A DNA stretch of 7,723 nt from Naegleria gruberi (taxonomy: Eukaryota): assembly GCA_000004985.1 (NCBI GenBank), contig GG739113.1; one strand, 5' to 3'. Shown here in pieces: positions 7,396-7,723 of the stretch; the first letter of the stretch is position 1; each line of letters begins with the position of its first letter. A program made the translations under genes and the position numbers. The notes beneath the pieces are model-generated. The model did not search any database and had not been told where the DNA came from. It saw only the letters and a list, made by a program, of their open reading frames with translations.

Positions 7396-7431
7396 AAGCA
7401 ACACAATCACAATAATTCATACTATCAAAAT

Positions 7432-7439
7432 GAATTGAA
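7432..7439. repeat. right copy of the 8-bp direct repeat GAATTGAA (target-site duplication)
   Basis: Identical to 6108-6115. This is the point where the tRNA 5' fragment stops matching tRNA sequence (7431 is T where the tRNA requires G on the plus strand). Confidence 0.75.
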
Positions 7440-7490
7440 CCCGGGTCACGGCGATGGCAACGCCGTATTCCACCACTAAACCATCGACGC
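7432..7490 (-). tRNA. 5' portion (about nt 1-61) of the interrupted tRNA-Gly(GCC): acceptor 5' half, D-arm, anticodon arm with GCC anticodon, variable loop, T-stem 5' half and T-loop
   Basis: The reverse complement is GCGTCGATGGTTTAGTGGTGGAATACGGCGTTGCCATCGCCGTGACCCGGGTTCAATTC. The anticodon stem CGGCG/CGCCG is perfect around the loop TTGCCAT (anticodon GCC). An A-box TGGTTTAGTGG is present, and there is an AT-rich TATA-like upstream flank (7491-7540 on the minus strand). Confidence 0.85.
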
Positions 7491-7723
7491 TTCTTAGTCT
7501 ATCAAATATAATAATAATAGATAGTGTAATTTAATAAACTGTCATCAATGAAGTGTGAACCAATGAATGGAACGCCACATTACCAAAAAAAAATATCAAC
7601 CCTAAACGGTGTATTTATCGTTTCAACATGCAGCCAAATTTTTCAACAAGAACAAAAAACAATAATTTATCACCAACAAGAATATAATGAGAATGATAAA
7701 TCAAGTTAATAGTAATAATGAAA

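Larger units (their letters stand above)
6116..7431. mobile_element. 1316-bp AT-rich non-coding insertion splitting the tRNA-Gly(GCC) gene; candidate non-autonomous transposable element, family unresolved
   Basis: It is bounded by a perfect 8-bp direct repeat, and the tRNA is exactly reconstituted when the segment plus one repeat copy is removed. There is no long ORF and no TG...CA LTR termini. It contains tandem repeats, a nested inverted-repeat element and dispersed motif copies. The terminal inverted repeat is weak: ATTT at both ends, plus GGAATTCATTT at 6128-6138 versus the reverse complement of 7366-7381. Confidence 0.5.

Noticed and set aside
6116-7431. Interpreting the insertion as a solo LTR or LTR retrotransposon, or as a tRNA intron
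   Set aside because: There are no TG...CA termini and no direct long terminal repeats. The duplication is 8 bp rather than the 5 bp of Ty-like elements, and insertion is inside the gene rather than upstream. Eukaryotic nuclear tRNA introns sit at position 37/38 in the anticodon loop and are tens of nt long, not 1.3 kb in the T-loop.
7687-7723. ATG at 7687 opening a frame (MRMINQVNSNNE...) that runs off the window end
   Set aside because: Only 12 codons are visible, with Asn-rich low-complexity composition. The evidence is insufficient to call a gene start.
6060-7723. Search for CRISPR arrays, rRNA genes, defence-system genes or an operon-like multi-gene system
   Set aside because: None are present. 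The readable right arm has no ORF with protein-like composition longer than 85 codons, and its repeats are transposon-like or satellite-like, not repeat-spacer arrays.

Overview
AT-rich eukaryotic nuclear DNA that looks fungal or yeast-like: A-rich ATG context, a GTAAGT 5' splice-site-like hexamer, and a pol III tRNA gene with an AT-rich TATA-like upstream region and a downstream T-run. Only about 2.8 kb is readable (1-1150 and 6060-7723). Positions 1151-6059 are 4909 N, so every ORF-track entry crossing them is an artefact. The left arm holds the 3' end of one protein-coding gene (2-250) and a complete 166-codon ORF (519-1019). Its stop codon sits inside GTAAGT, and the same reading frame reopens at 1061 and runs into the gap, so it may be exon 1 of a longer gene. 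The right arm is non-coding and repeat-rich. Its main feature is a tRNA-Gly(GCC) gene on the minus strand that is split exactly in its T-loop by a 1316-bp AT-rich insertion (6116-7431). The insertion is flanked by a perfect 8-bp direct repeat, GAATTGAA. Removing it plus one repeat copy restores a canonical 71-nt tRNA. Inside the insertion are a nested 395-bp MITE-like element with 24-bp terminal inverted repeats flanked by TA, a 45-bp tandem repeat carrying perfect hairpin palindromes, a TTGGAAAT microsatellite, a dispersed ~30-40-bp motif family resembling the tRNA T-arm and insertion junction, and an opposite-strand copy of the tRNA-Gly 3' end. There is no multi-gene cluster, defence system, CRISPR array or rRNA in the readable sequence. 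The most novel candidate is a previously undescribed tRNA-gene-disrupting non-autonomous element.
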